The notes beneath the pieces are model-generated. The model saw only the letters and a program-made list of their open reading frames with translations. It was not told the origin of the DNA and ran no database searches. A program made the position numbers and the translations under genes. A DNA stretch of 38,114 bases. Source: an uncultured Bacilli bacterium (GTDB lineage Bacteria; Bacillota_I; Bacilli_A; RF39; UBA660). Each line of letters begins with the position of its first letter. Positions within the stretch are counted from its first letter, which is position 1. The DNA lies in the NCBI GenBank assembly GCA_947628545.1, contig CANRAJ010000001.1, positions 1 through 38,114 of the forward strand, read 5' to 3'. Positions 33,795 through 38,114 of this stretch are shown here, piece after piece.

Positions 33795-33823
33795 ATTATA
33801 ATTTTTCCCCGTTTTAAAGTCAA
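33795..33823 (-). promoter_or_regulatory. ileS leader promoter
   Basis: Minus strand: TTGACT (33818-33823), 17 nt, TATAAT (33795-33800). Confidence 0.65.
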
Positions 33824-33826
33824 GCG

Positions 33827-35185
33827 TTACTTATTATATTCGTTTATTAACGGGATAAATAAATTTTGTAATAAGGTTAACCCCTCCGGAGTATCGGCTT
33901 CCGCCCGAAAGGTTAAATTATTGCCCGTATTACTGCCCCGAATTAAAGCCCAACCATTGGTAAAATTAACCCGAATGCCATCAATATCATTAATTGGGTA
34001 GCGCCTTTTTTGACAATATTCCTTGATATTTGCTACTACTTTTACTTTTAAGGCATCTGTTGTCGGAATCTTTAACTCCGGTGTATTGTAATAATGGGGA
34101 ATATCTTCACATAATTTACTTAGTTTTTCACTTGTCTTCGATAAAAGTTCGAGTAACCGTAAAGCGGCATAAAAGGCCGAAGCCACATCATTGGTCCTGT
34201 CGCGAAAGAAAATGTGGCCTGAATATTCGGCCCCAAAGGGAAGATTATCGGCTAAAACCTTGGCTTCGGTAAAACTAGCCCCTGTGCGATAGCAAATACC
34301 TCTGGCCCCAAATTTATTAATTTCATCGGCAACACTCTTAGAACACTTTACATCATAAAGATAGGTTTTATTAGTAACCTCTTTATTAAGTTCCCGAATC
34401 ATTAAAATCATATAGTTTTCAATAGGCATTAACTCGCCATTTTCCATCACAACCCCTAGCCGATCACCATCGCCATCAAAAGCAATCCCTAAATCAGCTT
34501 TACTATTTTTAACAGCCTCACTTAATTGTTGCATATTTTCGGGTACCGCGGGATCAGGATGATGATTAGGAAAATTACCATCACTGGCCTCATTAATAAT
34601 TTCCAGTTCCAAGTTAAAATTACTAAATACTTTTCGCGCGTAAAGTGCGGTTATTCCGTTACCACAATCCAAAACGACTTTGCGCTTGCGTTGACCAAAT
34701 TTAAGAGCATATTTTAAATATTCTAAATATTTATCAAAAATATTTTGGTGATCGCATTGACCCATTCCTTTTAAAAAATTACCTGCCAAAGTATAATTTT
34801 TAAAATCCGTTATCATTTCGCCGCGCGCATTAATAACGCCCTTATCTAAAGAAAACTTAAAACCATTTTCATCTTTGGGATTATGCGATGCCGTAACCAT
34901 AATGCCCGGCAATTGGTTTAAATAGCGCGCATAGTAATTCATCGGCGTTGTCGTTTGGCCATAGTCGATAACATTTAGACCCGTGGAGGTTAGACCTTTA
35001 ACTAAACTTTGAGTAAGGGCATCACTACTTAAGCGATTATCCCGGGAAACAATACAGCGATTAATTTGCATTTTTTCTTGCAAATAAGAACCATAACTAA
35101 GGCCAATGGTATAGGCCAAATCTTCGTTTATTTCTGTCGGGTACTTGCCCCGAATATCATAAGCGCGAAATATTTCTTCGTTCAT
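33827..35185 (-). CDS. Phosphomannomutase / phosphoglucomutase (alpha-D-phosphohexomutase)
   Basis: 452 aa with the active-site Ser loop VTASHNPKDENG, the Mg loop GIAFDGDGDR and the sugar-binding loop GAEYSGH. Confidence 0.85.
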   Translation of the reverse strand: MNEEIFRAYDIRGKYPTEINEDLAYTIGLSYGSYLQEKMQINRCIVSRDNRLSSDALTQSLVKGLTSTGLNVIDYGQTTTPMNYYARYLNQLPGIMVTASHNPKDENGFKFSLDKGVINARGEMITDFKNYTLAGNFLKGMGQCDHQNIFDKYLEYLKYALKFGQRKRKVVLDCGNGITALYARKVFSNFNLELEIINEASDGNFPNHHPDPAVPENMQQLSEAVKNSKADLGIAFDGDGDRLGVVMENGELMPIENYMILMIRELNKEVTNKTYLYDVKCSKSVADEINKFGARGICYRTGASFTEAKVLADNLPFGAEYSGHIFFRDRTNDVASAFYAALRLLELLSKTSEKLSKLCEDIPHYYNTPELKIPTTDALKVKVVANIKEYCQKRRYPINDIDGIRVNFTNGWALIRGSNTGNNLTFRAEADTPEGLTLLQNLFIPLINEYNK

Positions 35186-35193
35186 TTTTCCTC

Positions 35194-35919
35194 CTATTTA
35201 ATAATGGCTTCTAAAGCCAATTTAATCATATTATTTAAGTTTGTTTCCCGTTCTTGAGGACTTAAAACGACTTGTGAATATTTAGAATCAACTACTGTTG
35301 CCATCACCGCCGCAGCAACATCACAAGAATTAGCCACATGAATAATGCCAAAGGCCTCCATTTCTTCGGCTAAAATATTATATTCTTCGGGGATTCTTTT
35401 TAAAACTCGTTCAAAGTCAATATAGGGGCCAAAGACATCCATCGTTGTCATCATTCCTTTACGAATTTTAATATTTAACTCCCTAGCCGTAGTCTCAACC
35501 GCTTTAGTTAAAGCTTCATGGGGTTTTACCACAAAGTTAGGATAATTATTATAAGTATAAGCAAAATTAGATTCCGAATAAACGGCATCGGCTAAAATAA
35601 TATCCCCAATTTCCGCTTCAGGGCTTACGGCCCCACATGTTCCAATGCGCATTATTTTGGTTACATGAAAATAATGAATTAATTCAAAAGTATAAATACT
35701 GGCACTAGGCATGCCCATGCCACTTCCCATAACAGTTATTTTTTGACCCTTATAAAAGCCCGTATAACCTGACATATTGCGAATATTGGTTACCAACTTG
35801 GCTTGTTCCAAAAAATGTTCGGCGATATACTTGGCCCGTAGTGGATCACCAGGAAATATTACAAAAGATCCTATATCAGCCCCTGCTTCAATATGAATGG
35901 GATTATCCCCAATAAACAT
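35194..35919 (-). CDS. deoD: Purine nucleoside phosphorylase, DeoD type
   Basis: FPGDPLRAKYIAEHFLE, MGSGMGMPS, RIGTCGA and EEMEAFG motifs. An AAGGGTG RBS favours the ATG at 35919 over the track start at 35952. Confidence 0.85.
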   Translation of the reverse strand: MFIGDNPIHIEAGADIGSFVIFPGDPLRAKYIAEHFLEQAKLVTNIRNMSGYTGFYKGQKITVMGSGMGMPSASIYTFELIHYFHVTKIMRIGTCGAVSPEAEIGDIILADAVYSESNFAYTYNNYPNFVVKPHEALTKAVETTARELNIKIRKGMMTTMDVFGPYIDFERVLKRIPEEYNILAEEMEAFGIIHVANSCDVAAAVMATVVDSKYSQVVLSPQERETNLNNMIKLALEAIIK

Positions 35920-36012
35920 CCGTATCACACCCTTTATATAAGCATACCACAAATTAGTTTATTATGCTATTTTTTCTGGTGCCTTCATGTCAAGTTATAA
36001 AAAGGATCAAAA

Positions 36013-37431
36013 TTAAAACCGGAAATAAATAAACGGATTATATAATGAACTAACTAAAAACATAATGGAAATAATAAAGATCCCTAGCAAAAGAGCTTTC
36101 TTAATCATATTATAAAGTCGATTATTTTGAAATTTTTGATCTAATGTTTGACTGATATTAAAACTAAATATAATAGCAAATAAAAAATATGGTAAAGCGG
36201 AAATCACATTAGGATTAGCATTTAAAAATTTGGCTAAATTAATCGTATTAGCGCCTTTAAATAAATGACTCAAAATTAACGTTAAATCACCTAAAGAATT
36301 AACCCGGAAAATAATCCAACCAATATTAATCAAGATAAACGTTATAACATATTTTATTACTTTAGGAATTCGTTCGTAACATTTTCCCCATAACTTCTTT
36401 TCGCCAATTAAAAGGATTAAATAATAAAGACCCCAAATAATAAAATTCCACGCTGCACCATGCCAAAAACCAGTTAAAAGCCAAACTATGGTCATATTTA
36501 ATAGCCACCGACTCACCCTCACCCGATTTCCGCCTAGAGGAATATAAACATATTCGCGGAAAAAAGTTGTTAAACTCATATGCCATCTTTGCCAAAATTC
36601 CGTAATTGATTTGGCCATATACGGATAGTTAAAGTTTTCTAAAAATTCAAAACCAAAAATTTGGCCTAAACCAATAGCCATATCGGAATAACCACTAAAA
36701 TCAAAATAAATTTGGAAAGTATAAGCCAAAATACCTAAAATTAAAACTCCACTACTAAAACCACCTAAACTACCACTATTATAAATGGCATCGGCAATAA
36801 TTGCCATATTATTAGCAATAATAACTTTTTTACCTAAACCAACAATAAAACGTTCTACTCCATGAATAATTTTCGTTAAACTTTCTTGGCGATTTTCAAG
36901 TTGTTTTTCAATTGTTTCATACCGCACAATTGGTCCCGCAATTAATTGAGGGAAAAAGGAAATATATAAGGCTAAATTAAAAAAGTTTTTTTGAACACTA
37001 ATTTTACCCCGGTATAAATCAATAATATAAGTTAAAATTTGAAATGTATAAAAACTAATCCCAATTGGTAAAACAATATCCTTGATTTCCCAGGAAGTTT
37101 TAAAAAGATGATTTAAATTAGTAATAAAAAAATTCGTATATTTAAAATATAATAAAGAACTAGTGATAAGTAGGATACTTATCACTAAACAAATTAATTT
37201 GTTTAGTTTTTGCTTTTGAAAATGATTAATAAGTAACCCAAAAATATAACTTATAAATACCGTTAAAAGCATAAGTAAAATATATTTTGGTTCGCCCCAA
37301 GCATAGAAAACTAATGAAAAAATTAGTAATAATATGTTTTTAATTTTCATGTATTTTCGCGGAATGATAAAATAACATATTAAAAGTAAGGGCAAAAATG
37401 CAAAGATAAAAGTTAAACTACTAAATAACAT
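36013..37431 (-). CDS. MBOAT family O-acyltransferase (AlgI/DltB-like)
   Basis: 472 aa, polytopic. FWQRWHMSLTTFFREYVYIPLGGNR and the invariant-His region LLTGFWHGAAWNF. Confidence 0.85.
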   Translation of the reverse strand: MLFSSLTFIFAFLPLLLICYFIIPRKYMKIKNILLLIFSLVFYAWGEPKYILLMLLTVFISYIFGLLINHFQKQKLNKLICLVISILLITSSLLYFKYTNFFITNLNHLFKTSWEIKDIVLPIGISFYTFQILTYIIDLYRGKISVQKNFFNLALYISFFPQLIAGPIVRYETIEKQLENRQESLTKIIHGVERFIVGLGKKVIIANNMAIIADAIYNSGSLGGFSSGVLILGILAYTFQIYFDFSGYSDMAIGLGQIFGFEFLENFNYPYMAKSITEFWQRWHMSLTTFFREYVYIPLGGNRVRVSRWLLNMTIVWLLTGFWHGAAWNFIIWGLYYLILLIGEKKLWGKCYERIPKVIKYVITFILINIGWIIFRVNSLGDLTLILSHLFKGANTINLAKFLNANPNVISALPYFLFAIIFSFNISQTLDQKFQNNRLYNMIKKALLLGIFIISIMFLVSSLYNPFIYFRF

Positions 37432-37432
37432 A

Positions 37433-37948
37433 TTAATTACTTCCTTTCAACATAAAAGTATCTAAGACATAAAAATCAATATTACCAATAAATAAAACTT
37501 TGGAAATGTCTTTGTCTTTAATAAACTTCTCAATATTGAATTCTTCACCCATATCGGTTTCGTAAGCCCGTAAATCAACATAATAGGACTTATTAAAATG
37601 ACTGGCTAATAAATCACTAATAGCATTATCATAAGATTCGCCTATTACTAATAAATTTTCTTTATGTGGTTGATGAAAATCAAATTCAATTAAACCTAAA
37701 TCAGGGCCATAATAGCCACCATAACTTGGTATCCCATATTCTCCTTTTAAATAGAGATCTTTATCACTATATCTATCTACTAAAGAATCATTATAATAAA
37801 CATCATAATCCGGTAAATCAAATAAATAAGCACATATTTGTTCTTTAAAGAGAAAAGTTCCACCAATACTTATCGCTTTAGAGCCACTCATATAGGCATC
37901 AAAACATCTTTCCGTAGTATATTTTTGAGCATCCTCACCTGTAAGCAT
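37433..37948 (-). CDS. DHHW family protein, C-terminal portion (usual MBOAT partner). The frame stays open upstream to 38047 and encodes the DHHW motif, but without a start codon.
   Basis: The frame upstream of the Met at 37948 reads TQNNLSEYQNYFYKTDHHWNYKGSYKAYQEVIK-M... (DHHW at 37991-38002). No ATG/GTG/TTG lies between the TAA at 38048-38050 and 37948. No signal-anchor is encoded. The stop lies 1 nt before the MBOAT start. Confidence 0.55.
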   Translation of the reverse strand: MLTGEDAQKYTTERCFDAYMSGSKAISIGGTFLFKEQICAYLFDLPDYDVYYNDSLVDRYSDKDLYLKGEYGIPSYGGYYGPDLGLIEFDFHQPHKENLLVIGESYDNAISDLLASHFNKSYYVDLRAYETDMGEEFNIEKFIKDKDISKVLFIGNIDFYVLDTFMLKGSN

Positions 37949-38072
37949 TTTAATTACTTCTTGATAGGCCTTATAAGAACCTTTATAATTCCAATGATGA
38001 TCAGTTTTATAAAAATAATTTTGATATTCTGAAAGATTATTTTGAGTTTAGGTAAAAAAATAGTTGACAAGA

Positions 38073-38109
38073 AAAAAGATGAAAATGTGGAAAACTTTTT
38101 CATCTTTTT
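38073..38109. terminator. Bidirectional terminator hairpin immediately upstream of the truncated DHHW frame
   Basis: 13-bp stem AAAAAGATGAAAA / TTTTCATCTTTTT with an 11-nt loop. Confidence 0.6.
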
Positions 38110-38114
38110 ATATC

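Noticed and set aside
36362-36595. 77-aa minus-strand ORF inside the MBOAT gene
   Set aside because: It is an alternative frame of a continuous, motif-bearing 472-aa MBOAT ORF. There is no evidence of a frameshift, because the main frame is uninterrupted.

Overview
Low-GC chromosomal segment from a spore-forming Firmicute. About 45 protein genes, nearly all on the minus strand, plus one tRNA and one T-box leader. Gene order resembles two Bacillus subtilis neighbourhoods, judged from memory rather than a search: (i) lexA / tkt / sirA(yneE) / yneF ... parE-parC, and (ii) yqfC-yqfD ... ybeY-dgkA-era-yqzL-recO ... nfo. gerE, gerM and a SpoIIIAH-like gene are also present. No transposase, integrase, CRISPR array or rRNA was seen. 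Five places break the housekeeping pattern. (1) A compact double-glycine bacteriocin operon (C39-peptidase ABC exporter, 136-aa HlyD-like accessory protein, two GG-leader peptides) sits between sporulation genes. One peptide is missing from the ORF track, and no immunity or regulator gene is visible. (2) The recO / nfo-operon gap (19896-20238) has no credible ORF. It carries a promoter, three head-to-tail 34-nt units that can each fold as a small H-type pseudoknot (one compensatory base-pair change), and a terminator, so it is a candidate novel small RNA. (3) A divergent SOS module pairs lexA with a 48-aa single-TM peptide gene. Each promoter overlaps a degenerate Cheo/LexA box. (4) A (TA)9 tract forms the -35/-10 spacer of the promoter of a 460-aa exported protein. 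This gene lies in a three-gene insert (alternative sigma factor, acidic membrane protein, exported protein) between yneF and parE. (5) An MBOAT gene is paired with a DHHW-family partner that has no start codon upstream of its DHHW motif. All family assignments rest on motif recognition by eye. No database search was run.
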